44,955 bases of DNA from Solirubrobacterales bacterium (GTDB lineage: Bacteria; Actinomycetota; Thermoleophilia; Solirubrobacterales; 70-9): positions 1 through 44,955 of the forward strand of contig DASZUH010000205.1 in NCBI GenBank assembly GCA_035547715.1, read 5' to 3'. A model generated the notes under the pieces. It ran no database searches. It was given only the letters and a program-made list of their open reading frames with translations, and had not been told where the DNA came from. Numbering within the stretch: the stretch's first letter is position 1; each line of letters begins with the position of its first letter. Of this stretch, positions 8,391-17,158 are shown piece after piece. The position numbers and the translations under genes are program-made.

Positions 8391-10158
8391 GCCGCGCGAC
8401 GCCGGCCTCCTCGAAGGTCGCCATGTCGCGGTGAAGGACCCCCGCCGCCTCGATGATCGGAAGGGCGAGCAACGCTCCCGAAGCCTCTCCGAGGCGCAGG
8501 CGGAGGTCGAGCAGTGGCTCGAGCCCGAGCTCTGCAAGGACGAGGTCGTGTCCGGGCTCGGCGGAGCGGTGGCCGGCGAGCAGAACCTCGCCGACCGCCG
8601 GGTCGATCCGGGTCGCGGCGAGGGCGGCCACGGCGGTGGCGTAACCGTCGAGCACCACGGGCAGGCGGCGCCGTGCCGCCTCCAATGCCGCGCCGGCGAG
8701 CGCCACGATCTCGAGGCCGCCGACCGCCTCCATCGCAGGGCCGACATCGAGCGGCGCACCGTGGCGGTCCAACGCGGCCTCGACGACTGCCCGCTTGCGC
8801 TCGAGACCGGCGGCGTCCATCCCCGTCCCGCGACCCACGGTGACGCTCGGCGCCGCCCCGGTGAGAGCCCCGGCGAGAGCCGCTGCCGTCGTGGTGTTGC
8901 CGATCCCGATCTCCCCGATCACCAGGCAGGTGACGCCGCGGTCGGCGAGATCGCCGGCGAGCTCCGCGCCCGCCTCGAGCGCTGCATCGACCTGTTCGCC
9001 GGTGAGGGCGGGAGCCTTGAGCATGTCGGCGCTGCCGGCGGTGACCTTGGCGTCGCGTACGCCCGCGGGGGTCGGCCCGACGAGCCCGAGGTCGGCGACG
9101 AGCAGCTCGTGCCCCCCTGCCCGCGCGAGCACGCCGACGGCGCTCTCCGCGCGCGCCGCAGCCCTGGTGACCTGGGCCGAGACCTCGGCGTCGAAGAGGC
9201 TGGTGCGATGCGCGGTGTGGCCGTGGTCGGCGGCGCAGACAAGGACGCCTGCGCGGAGCTCCACGGGCGGCGGGCTGCCGGTGATCGCCGCCCAGCGTTC
9301 GATCAAGGGCTCCAGGGCGCCGAGGCTCCCGGCGGGCTTGACGAGTCGGTCGAGGCGGTCGCGGGCGGCGATGGCGGCCTCCCGGTCCGGACCGTCCCCG
9401 GAGGTCCGCTTGGCGCTTTCGATACCGGCGCTCCCATCCCAGCGCTCGCGCATCACGACTTCGTCGAGCGGCACGCGGGAGGCCCAGCCCGCCGCCTCCA
9501 GACCGGGTCGCTCGGGTCGCTCGTCAGGCCAGCCGACGCAGAGGTAGGCGAGCGGGTCGACGCGGTCCGGGATCCCGAGCAGGGCACGTAGGTCGGCCGG
9601 ACGGTAGAAACTGACCCAGCCGACGCCGAGACCTTCGGCGCGGGCGGCCAGCCAGAGGTTCTCGATCGCGCAGGCGGTCGAGTACACGTCCGTGTCGGGG
9701 ATCGTCCCCCGCCCGAGTACCTCGGCGTCCGGTGCGCCGTGGTCGCAGCAGACCACGATTCCGAGCGGCGCCTCGACGATGCCCTCGATCTTCTGGTCAA
9801 GGAACGCGCGGGCCCGCTCCTCGAAGCGCCTCGCCTGTCGGAGGCGCTCGCGCTGGGCCAGGCGCCTCACCTCGATCCGCGTCGCCAGGTCACGGACGAC
9901 GATCATGCGCCACGGCTGCATCAGCCCCACCGACGGCGCCTGGTGGGCCGCCGTGAGAACCCTCTGCAGGACCTCGTCGGAGATCCCGTCGGGTCGGAAG
10001 CGGCGGATGTCGCGGCGCTCGCCGATCACCCGGAAGACCGCCTCGCGAGCCTCCTCGGGGTAGCGCCACGCCGTGGGCTCGGCGGCGCGCTCGGCTGCCC
10101 GTGAGGCGTCGAACCCGGGAGGGGTGGGGGGTCGCACGAGTGGGTCGGAGGCGGACAC
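8383..10158 (-). CDS. bluB-cobT: fusion: 5,6-dimethylbenzimidazole synthase (BluB-like) + nicotinate-nucleotide--DMB phosphoribosyltransferase (CobT)
   Basis: The N-terminal half (EAVFRVIGERRDIRRF...AHQAPSVGLMQPWR...LGVGWVS) matches the BluB flavin-destructase family. The C-terminal half (KPAGSLGALE...GEIGIGNTT...) matches CobT. Start set at in-frame GTG 10158 (GTG 10137 also possible), because the ORF-track start at 10236 overlaps the opposite-strand riboswitch. Confidence 0.85.
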   Translation of the reverse strand: MSASDPLVRPPTPPGFDASRAAERAAEPTAWRYPEEAREAVFRVIGERRDIRRFRPDGISDEVLQRVLTAAHQAPSVGLMQPWRMIVVRDLATRIEVRRLAQRERLRQARRFEERARAFLDQKIEGIVEAPLGIVVCCDHGAPDAEVLGRGTIPDTDVYSTACAIENLWLAARAEGLGVGWVSFYRPADLRALLGIPDRVDPLAYLCVGWPDERPERPGLEAAGWASRVPLDEVVMRERWDGSAGIESAKRTSGDGPDREAAIAARDRLDRLVKPAGSLGALEPLIERWAAITGSPPPVELRAGVLVCAADHGHTAHRTSLFDAEVSAQVTRAAARAESAVGVLARAGGHELLVADLGLVGPTPAGVRDAKVTAGSADMLKAPALTGEQVDAALEAGAELAGDLADRGVTCLVIGEIGIGNTTTAAALAGALTGAAPSVTVGRGTGMDAAGLERKRAVVEAALDRHGAPLDVGPAMEAVGGLEIVALAGAALEAARRRLPVVLDGYATAVAALAATRIDPAVGEVLLAGHRSAEPGHDLVLAELGLEPLLDLRLRLGEASGALLALPIIEAAGVLHRDMATFEEAGVARHS

Positions 10159-10164
10159 GGTGGA

Positions 10165-10300
10165 GGGAGCGTTAGGATGGCACCATAAGCGCGGCGACAC
10201 GAGGAAGCCGGTGAAAGACCGGCGCGGTCGCGCCACTGTGACCGGACCCAGGCGGGTCCGGGAGCCAGGAACTCGGTCGCCTTCAACCCTTCGAGAGCGG
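10165..10300 (+). promoter_or_regulatory. cobalamin (B12) riboswitch at the head of the 18-kb cob operon
   Basis: GAGGAAGCCGGTGAAAGACCGGCGCGGTCGCGCCACTGTGACCGG...GGGAGCCAGGAACTCGG, carrying GCCACTG and the B12 box AGCCAGGAAC. It lies about 50 nt upstream of ATG 10352. Boundaries are approximate. Confidence 0.8.
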
Positions 10301-10351
10301 GACGCATGATTCCGCGGAGGTGTCAGCGATGGCCCTGGCGGCGGTGGTGGT

Positions 10352-10954
10352 ATGAGAAGGCTCTTCCTCGTGCGCCATGCGCCGACCGCGGCGACGCGCT
10401 CCTACGCGTTCCCGGGCGACGAGCCTCTGGACGAGCGTGGCATCGCCGCCGCGGCGGAGCTCGATCTGCCGGCGCGCGCCGAGGTGCTGTGCAGCCCATC
10501 GCGGCGGTGCCGCGAGACCGCCGCGGCGGCGGGGCTGGCCGTCGGCTCGGTGGAGCCGGCGATCGCCGAGTGTGATTTCGGCTCCTGGGGCGGGCGCCGC
10601 CTCGAGGAGCTGGTCGCCGAGCGCCCCGACGACACCCGTATCTGGATGACCGCTCCCGACAGCGCACCGCACGGGGGCGAGAGCCTTCGCGAGTTCGTGG
10701 CGCGCGTGACCGATTGGCTCGATCGGCAGGTGCGATGCGACGGCAGGTGCCTCGCGATCACCCATGGCGGCGTCGTCAAGGCCGCCGTGGTCCACGCACT
10801 CGGGGCGCCGATCGAGGCGTTCTGGCGGGTCGACTGCGCACCGTTGTCGGTGACCGAGCTGCATGCCGACGGCACTCGTTGGCGCCTCGTCAAGGTCAAC
10901 GTCCCGGCTCGCGCGCTGCACGCGCCCGTCCTCGAGGAGACCGTGCCGGCGTGA
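10352..10954 (+). CDS. cobC: histidine phosphatase family protein, probable alpha-ribazole-5'-phosphate / AdoCbl-5'-P phosphatase
   Basis: Has the LFLVRHAPT (RH motif) and a later ITHGGV motif of the phosphoglycerate-mutase-like histidine phosphatases. First gene behind the riboswitch. Confidence 0.7.
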   Translation: MRRLFLVRHAPTAATRSYAFPGDEPLDERGIAAAAELDLPARAEVLCSPSRRCRETAAAAGLAVGSVEPAIAECDFGSWGGRRLEELVAERPDDTRIWMTAPDSAPHGGESLREFVARVTDWLDRQVRCDGRCLAITHGGVVKAAVVHALGAPIEAFWRVDCAPLSVTELHADGTRWRLVKVNVPARALHAPVLEETVPA

Positions 10955-11889
10955 GCGCCGTCGGGCTCGGCGGGGGCTTCGCCGCCGATGCGCTCCTCGG
11001 CGATCCGCCCCGCCTACACCCGGTGGCCGGCTTCGGCAGGGTCGCGTCGGCTGCCGAGCGGCTCGGCTACGCGCCGAGCAGGGCGCGCGGCGCGCTCTAT
11101 GCGGCGACGCTCGTCCTCGGTGCGGCGCTCTTCGCCGAGCTTGCCACGCGGGCCTGCGAGCGGACGCGACTCGGCCGCGGCGGGGCCCTGGCACTGTCGA
11201 CCTGGACGGCGCTCGGCGGGCGCTCGCTGGCCCGCGCGGCGCGCCGGCTGGGCCGGTCCCTCGATGCGGGTGACCTTGACCGGGCGCGCCAGGCGCTGCC
11301 CGCGCTCTGCGGTCGCGATGCGTCCGAACTCGACTGCGCCGACCTCAGTCGGGCAGCCGTGGAGTCGGTCGCGGAGAACACGGCCGACGCGGTGGTCGGT
11401 GCCTTGTTCTGGGCGGCCCTCGCCGGACCGGCGGGCGTCGTCGCCTACCGGGCGGCCAACACCCTCGACGCGATGGTCGGCTATCGCGACGAGCGCTACG
11501 CCTCCTTCGGCTGGGCGGCCGCCAGGCTCGACGACGTGCTCAGCTGGCCGGGGGCACGGCTGACCGCGGCGCTCGCGATCGCACTCGCTCCGCTCGTGGG
11601 CGGGTCGCCCCGGCCGGCCTTGCGCGTGGCCCTCCGAGACGGCCCCGAGCATCCAAGCCCCAACGCGGGGCTGGTCGAGGCCGCCTTCGCGGGCGCGCTC
11701 GGGCTGCGGCTCGGCGGTCCGCTCGCCTACGGTGGCCGGGCCGAGGTCCGCGCCACCCTCGGTGACGGGCGGGCGCCGGCGGCCGCCGACATCGAGCGGG
11801 CGATCCGCCTGAGCACCGCGGTCGGTGTCGCGTCGGCGGCTCTCGCCACCTGCGCCCGGGCCGTGGTGGTCAGGAGGAGGCGACCATGA
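10951..11889 (+). CDS. cbiB: adenosylcobinamide-phosphate synthase (CbiB; CobD in Pseudomonas nomenclature)
   Basis: ADALLGDPPRLHPV..., CGRDASEL..., VESVAENTADAVVGALFW, NTLDAMVGY and PNAG motifs. GTG 10951 overlaps the upstream stop as GTGA. Confidence 0.85.
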   Translation: MSAVGLGGGFAADALLGDPPRLHPVAGFGRVASAAERLGYAPSRARGALYAATLVLGAALFAELATRACERTRLGRGGALALSTWTALGGRSLARAARRLGRSLDAGDLDRARQALPALCGRDASELDCADLSRAAVESVAENTADAVVGALFWAALAGPAGVVAYRAANTLDAMVGYRDERYASFGWAAARLDDVLSWPGARLTAALAIALAPLVGGSPRPALRVALRDGPEHPSPNAGLVEAAFAGALGLRLGGPLAYGGRAEVRATLGDGRAPAAADIERAIRLSTAVGVASAALATCARAVVVRRRRP

Positions 11890-13409
11890 AAGGGGCGCTG
11901 CTGGTCGCGGGCACCCACTCGGACGCCGGCAAGTCGGTCGTGACCGCCGGGATCTGCCGGTGGCTGGCGCGTCAAGGCGTGCGGGTCGCCCCGTTCAAGG
12001 CGCAGAACATGGCGCTCAACTCCGTGGTGACGCGTGACGGAGCCGAGATCGGGCGCGCCCAGTGGGCCCAGGCGGCGGCGGCCGGAGTCGAGCCCGAGGC
12101 GGCGATGAACCCGGTCCTGATCAAGCCCTCCGGCGAGCGCCACAGCCAGGTGATCGTGATGGGCAAGCCCTACGCCGACGCCGACGCGCGTTCCTATCGC
12201 GAGATGAAGCATGAGCTGCGCCCGCTGGTGGCCGAGGCGCTCGCCGGTCTGCGCGAGCGCTTCGACGTGGTGATCTGCGAGGGCGCCGGCAGCCCGGCCG
12301 AGGTGAACCTGCGCGACGCCGACCTGACCAACATGTGGCTGGCGCGAGAGGCGGGGATGGCGGCGATCGTGGTCGCCGACATCGACCGCGGTGGCGTCTT
12401 CGCCTCGCTGTTCGGGACGCTCGCCCTGCTCGACCCGCAGGACCAGTCCCACGTCGGCGGTTTCGTCATCAACAAGTTCCGCGGCGACGGCTCGATCCTC
12501 GCTCCCGGTCTCGGGACGCTCGAGGAGCGCAGTGGCCGGCCGACGCTCGGGGTGCTGCCCTACGTCGAGGACCTCTGGCTCGACGTCGAGGACTCCCTGG
12601 CGCTGGAGGGTCGCCGTGCCGAGGCCCCGACGGACGGCGACACGATCGACGTCGCGGTGCTCCGGCTGCGCTGGATCAGCAACTTCACCGACGCCGACGC
12701 GCTCGCCGCCGAGCCCGGGGTCCGCGTCCGCTTCACCACCTCCCCGGCCGACGTCGAGCGGGCCGACCTCCTCGTCATCCCGGGGACGAAGGCGACGGTC
12801 GAGGACCTCGAGCGTCTGCGCGCCGCCGGCCTCGACGCCGCCCTGCGCCGGCGCGCCGAGGCCGGCCGCCCGATCCTCGGCATCTGCGGCGGCTACCAGC
12901 TGCTCGGCGAGCGCGTCGAGGACGCGGTCGAGTCGCGGCGCGGGACCGTGACGGGCCTCGGGTTGCTGCCGGTGCGCACCCGGTTCGCCCCGGAGAAGCT
13001 CCTGCGATGGCGGAGCGGACGCTCGGCCCTGCTCGGATCCGAGGCCGGGGGCTATGAGATCCGCCATGGTCGGGTCACGCGCCTGGGCGGCGAGGCCCTG
13101 CTCCGCGCCGACGACGGCGAGCCCGACGGCTGCATCGCGGGCAGCGTGATCGGGGCCTCATGGCACGGCCTGCTCGAGCACGACGGGTTCCGCCGCGCGC
13201 TGCTCGCCCGCGTCGCGGAGGGGTGCGGCCGCAGGTTCGTCCCCGGCGCGACGCCGTTCGCCGAGCAGCGCGCCGCCCGCCACGACGCGCTCGGTGACCT
13301 GATCGGCGAGCACCTCGACGGCGAGCGGCTGACCCGCCTGATCGAGGGCGGCCCGCCGCCCGGACTGCCAACCATCGAGACGGAGGTGCGGACATGCTGC
13401 GCTTCGTGA
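11886..13409 (+). CDS. cobQ: cobyric acid synthase
   Basis: MKGALLVAGTHSDAGKSVVTAGICRWL...APFKAQNMALNS, with a C-terminal GATase domain ILGICGGYQLLG. ATGA overlap with cbiB. Confidence 0.9.
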   Translation: MKGALLVAGTHSDAGKSVVTAGICRWLARQGVRVAPFKAQNMALNSVVTRDGAEIGRAQWAQAAAAGVEPEAAMNPVLIKPSGERHSQVIVMGKPYADADARSYREMKHELRPLVAEALAGLRERFDVVICEGAGSPAEVNLRDADLTNMWLAREAGMAAIVVADIDRGGVFASLFGTLALLDPQDQSHVGGFVINKFRGDGSILAPGLGTLEERSGRPTLGVLPYVEDLWLDVEDSLALEGRRAEAPTDGDTIDVAVLRLRWISNFTDADALAAEPGVRVRFTTSPADVERADLLVIPGTKATVEDLERLRAAGLDAALRRRAEAGRPILGICGGYQLLGERVEDAVESRRGTVTGLGLLPVRTRFAPEKLLRWRSGRSALLGSEAGGYEIRHGRVTRLGGEALLRADDGEPDGCIAGSVIGASWHGLLEHDGFRRALLARVAEGCGRRFVPGATPFAEQRAARHDALGDLIGEHLDGERLTRLIEGGPPPGLPTIETEVRTCCAS

Positions 13410-16400
13410 CGACCGCCGACACCGAGATCCTCGCCACCGCCGCCGCGGTCCGGCGGCTGCCGGCCGACTTCCCCGAGGTGCGCTGCGCGAACCCGGGCGG
13501 ACACCCGGATCCAGGGGCGCTCGTCGACGACGTCCTCGACGGCGCCCGGGTCGTCCTCTGCCGGATCCTCGGCGGCCGCCGAGGGTGGCCGGAAGGCCTC
13601 GACCTGCTCGTCGAGGGGGCGCGCGAGCGCGGCGCCGTCCTCCTCGCCCTCGGCGGCGAGGCGGAGCCCGATGCCGAGATGACGGCGCTCTCGACGGCGC
13701 CCGCCGGGGCCGTCGCGCAGGCCGGTGAGTACCTGCGCCACGGCGACGTCGACAACGTCGAGCAGCTGTTGCGCTTCCTCGCCGACACGTTCCTGCTCGA
13801 GGGCCACGGTTTCGAGCCGCCGCACGAGGTCGAGGACCTCGGCGTCTACGTTCCGGGCAGGGGCGACGTGGCGGTCGAGGAGGCGCTCGCCGGGCTCGAC
13901 CCCTCGCGGCCCACGGTCGGCGTCTGCTTCTACCGCTCCCACCGGCTGACCGGCAACACCGAGTTCGTCGACGACCTGCTCGGTGCGCTGGACGCCGCGG
14001 GCGCCAACGGTGTCGCCGTCTGGAGCTACACGCTGCGGCGCGACGCCGAGGGCCGGGTGCCGGCCCTCGAGCTGCTCGACGGTCGGGTCGACGCCCTGAT
14101 CACGACCATGCTGGCGACCGGGGGCAGCGGCTCGGCCGACAACGCCGCGGCGCCCGGCGAGGGGGTGGGGGAGACCTGGCAGGACTGGGACGCGAGCGCG
14201 CTCGCCGCGCTCGACGTGCCGGTGATCCAGGCCGTCTGCTCGACCTCCTCGCGCGCCGCCTGGCTCGAGTCGGACTCCGGCCTGACGCCACTCGACGCCG
14301 CGACCCAGGTGGCGATCCCCGAGTTCGACGGCCGGCTGCTGGGCGGCGTGATCTCCTTCAAGGAGCGCGAGGCCGAGGGATCGCCGGTCGGCGTGCCGGT
14401 GCCGCGCTACGTCGCCGACCCCGAGCGCTGCGCCCGCGTCGCCGGCCTCACCGTCGCCCACGCGCGGCTGCGCCACCTGCCGGCCGCCGAGCGCCGGGTC
14501 GCCGTGCTCCTGACCGCGTTTCCGACCAAGCACGCGAAGATCGGGATGGCGGTCGGCCTCGACACCCCGGCCAGCGCGATCGCCCTGCTGGAGGCGCTCC
14601 GCCTCGACGGGATGTGCGTCGTCCACGACTTCGCCGACGGCGACGCGCTGATCCACGCGCTGGTCGCCGCAGGCGGGCACGACCCGGAGTTCCTGACCGA
14701 GGAGCAGCTGGCCGCGGCGCCGCTGCGCCTGCCGGTCGCCGACTACCTCGAGTGGTACTCGACGCTGCCGGCCGACCTACGCGGGTCGATCGAGGAGCGC
14801 TGGGGGCCGCCGCCGGGTGACCGCTACCTCGACGGCGAGGACTTCGTCGTCGCCGGGCTCGAGCTCGGCAACGTCGTCGTCGCGATCCAACCGCCGCGGG
14901 GCTACGGCGAGGACCCGGTCGGCATCTATCACGACCCGGAGCTGCCGCCGACCCATCATTACCTCGCCTGCTACCGCTGGATCGCGGCGTCATGGGGCGC
15001 CGATGCGATCGTCCACCTCGGCAAGCACGGGACGCTCGAGTGGACGCCCGGCAAGATGCTCGCCCTGAGCGCCTCCTGCGCGCCCGACGCCGCGCTGGGC
15101 TCGCTGCCGCTGATCTACCCCTTCGTCGTCAACGACCCCGGCGAGGGGATGCAGGCCAAGCGCCGCGTGCACGCGGCGATCGTCGACCACCTGGTGCCGC
15201 CGATGATGCGCGCCGACAGCTACGACGAGATCGCCGAACTCGAGTCGCTGCTCGACGAATACGCGCGGCTCGAGGTGCTCGACCCATCGAAGCTGCCCGG
15301 CCTCGCCGCGAAGATCTGGTCGGCGATCGAGCGCGCCAACCTGCAGGCCGAGCTCGAGATCGAGGAGCGTCCCGACGACGTCGGCGCCCTCGTCGAACAC
15401 ATCGACGGCTATCTCTGCGAGGTCAAGGACATCCAGATCAAGGACGGCCTGCACGTCCTCGGCCGCGCCCCGGGCGGCGAGCAGCTGCGCGGCCTCACCG
15501 CGGCGATGCTGAGGCTCGGCTCGGGCGAGGTGCCGGGCCTGCGCCGCGCGGTCGGGGCGGCCTACGGGCTCGACGAGCCCGCCCTGGTCGCGGATCCCGG
15601 CGCCCCGGCGCCGCCGCTCCCGGCGGAGCTGCGCGAGCGCTTCCGCGGCCCGGTGGCGAGCGGCGGCGACGTCGTCGACCGGCTCGAGGATGTCCAGATG
15701 GCCCTGCTCGACGCGCTCGCCGGACGCGACTGGGAGGCCGCCTCGGCGCCGGCGGTCTGCCGCGAGGTCCTCGGATTCGCCGATGAAGGTGTGGAGCGGG
15801 TGCTCGGCTTCGCCTGCAAGGAGGTGGTGCCCAGGATCCTCCGCACCCCCGAGGAGCTGGGGGCCGTGGTGCGGGCGCTGCACGGTCGCCACATCGAGCC
15901 GGGCCCCTCCGGCGCGCCGACCCGCGGCCGTGTCGACGTGCTCCCGACGGGCCGGAACTTCTACGGGGTCGACCCGCGCTCGCTGCCCTCCGAGCTCTCA
16001 TGGGAGGTCGGCCGAAGCCTCGCCGAGGCGCTGCTCGACCGCCACCGGGAGCAGACCGGGTCGCTGCCGCGAATGGTCGGCCTGGTCGCCTGGGGGACGG
16101 CGGCGATGCGCACCCAGGGCGACGACGTGGCCGAGATCCTGGCCCTCCTCGGGGTGCGACCGCGTTGGCATCCGGAGTCCAGGCGGGTGACCGGCATCGA
16201 GGTGATCCCGCCGGCCGAGCTGGGCCGGCCGCGGATCGACGTCACCGTGCGGATCTCCGGTTTCTTCCGCGACGCCTTCCCCCATCTCCTCGCCCTGCTC
16301 GACGACGCGGTCGCGATGGTGGCGGGGCTGGACGAGGCCGAGGAGGAGAACTACGTCGCCGCCCACGCCCGCGCCGACGCCGAGCGGCTGGCCGCCGAGC

Positions 16401-17158
16401 TCGGCGCGGAGCCGGCCTGGCGGCAGGCGACGACGCGGATCTTCGGCTCGAAGCCCGGCACCTACGGTGCCGGCCTCCTGCAGCTGCTCGAGAGCCGCGA
16501 CTGGCGTGAGGACGGTGACCTCGCCTCGGTCTATGAGGCCTGGGGCGGCTTCGCCTACGGTCGCGGCCTCGAGGGGGCGGCGGCGCGCGAGGCGATGCGG
16601 GACGCCTACGCGCGGATCGAGGTGGCGGTCAAGAACGTCGACTCGCGCGAGCACGACGTCCTCGACTCCGACGACTACTACCAGTACCACGGCGGCATGG
16701 TGGCGACGGTGCGGGCGCTGAGCGGCACCGACCCGGCCGCCTACGTCGGCGACTCCTCGGACCCCTCGCGGGTCGTCGCCCGCACGCTGGTCGAGGAGAC
16801 GCGCCGGGTCTTCCGCGCCCGGGTGTCCAACCCGCGCTGGATCGCCTCGATGATCCGACATGGCTACAAGGGCGCCGCGGAGCTCGCGGCGACCGTCGAC
16901 TACCTCTTCGGCTACGACGCGACGGCCGGCGTCGCGGACGACTGGATGTACGAGCAGGTCGCCCGGCGATACCTGCTCGACCCCGACGTGGCGAAATTCA
17001 TGTCGGCCTCCAATCCCTGGGCCGCGCGTGGGATCGCCGAGCGGCTGCTCGAGGCGGCCGACCGCGGGATGTGGGCCGACCCCGACACCGAGACGCTGGC
17101 GGCGATCCGCGACCGGTACCTGACCCTGGAGGACGACCTCGAGGGGACCCCGGCATGA
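13394..17158 (+). CDS. cobN: cobaltochelatase large subunit CobN
   Basis: 1254 aa with CobN/Mg-chelatase family features throughout (HLGKHGTLEWTPGK, FYGVDPR, RISGFFRD). Overlaps the cobQ stop by 16 nt. Confidence 0.9.
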   Translation: MLRFVTTADTEILATAAAVRRLPADFPEVRCANPGGHPDPGALVDDVLDGARVVLCRILGGRRGWPEGLDLLVEGARERGAVLLALGGEAEPDAEMTALSTAPAGAVAQAGEYLRHGDVDNVEQLLRFLADTFLLEGHGFEPPHEVEDLGVYVPGRGDVAVEEALAGLDPSRPTVGVCFYRSHRLTGNTEFVDDLLGALDAAGANGVAVWSYTLRRDAEGRVPALELLDGRVDALITTMLATGGSGSADNAAAPGEGVGETWQDWDASALAALDVPVIQAVCSTSSRAAWLESDSGLTPLDAATQVAIPEFDGRLLGGVISFKEREAEGSPVGVPVPRYVADPERCARVAGLTVAHARLRHLPAAERRVAVLLTAFPTKHAKIGMAVGLDTPASAIALLEALRLDGMCVVHDFADGDALIHALVAAGGHDPEFLTEEQLAAAPLRLPVADYLEWYSTLPADLRGSIEERWGPPPGDRYLDGEDFVVAGLELGNVVVAIQPPRGYGEDPVGIYHDPELPPTHHYLACYRWIAASWGADAIVHLGKHGTLEWTPGKMLALSASCAPDAALGSLPLIYPFVVNDPGEGMQAKRRVHAAIVDHLVPPMMRADSYDEIAELESLLDEYARLEVLDPSKLPGLAAKIWSAIERANLQAELEIEERPDDVGALVEHIDGYLCEVKDIQIKDGLHVLGRAPGGEQLRGLTAAMLRLGSGEVPGLRRAVGAAYGLDEPALVADPGAPAPPLPAELRERFRGPVASGGDVVDRLEDVQMALLDALAGRDWEAASAPAVCREVLGFADEGVERVLGFACKEVVPRILRTPEELGAVVRALHGRHIEPGPSGAPTRGRVDVLPTGRNFYGVDPRSLPSELSWEVGRSLAEALLDRHREQTGSLPRMVGLVAWGTAAMRTQGDDVAEILALLGVRPRWHPESRRVTGIEVIPPAELGRPRIDVTVRISGFFRDAFPHLLALLDDAVAMVAGLDEAEEENYVAAHARADAERLAAELGAEPAWRQATTRIFGSKPGTYGAGLLQLLESRDWREDGDLASVYEAWGGFAYGRGLEGAAAREAMRDAYARIEVAVKNVDSREHDVLDSDDYYQYHGGMVATVRALSGTDPAAYVGDSSDPSRVVARTLVEETRRVFRARVSNPRWIASMIRHGYKGAAELAATVDYLFGYDATAGVADDWMYEQVARRYLLDPDVAKFMSASNPWAARGIAERLLEAADRGMWADPDTETLAAIRDRYLTLEDDLEGTPA

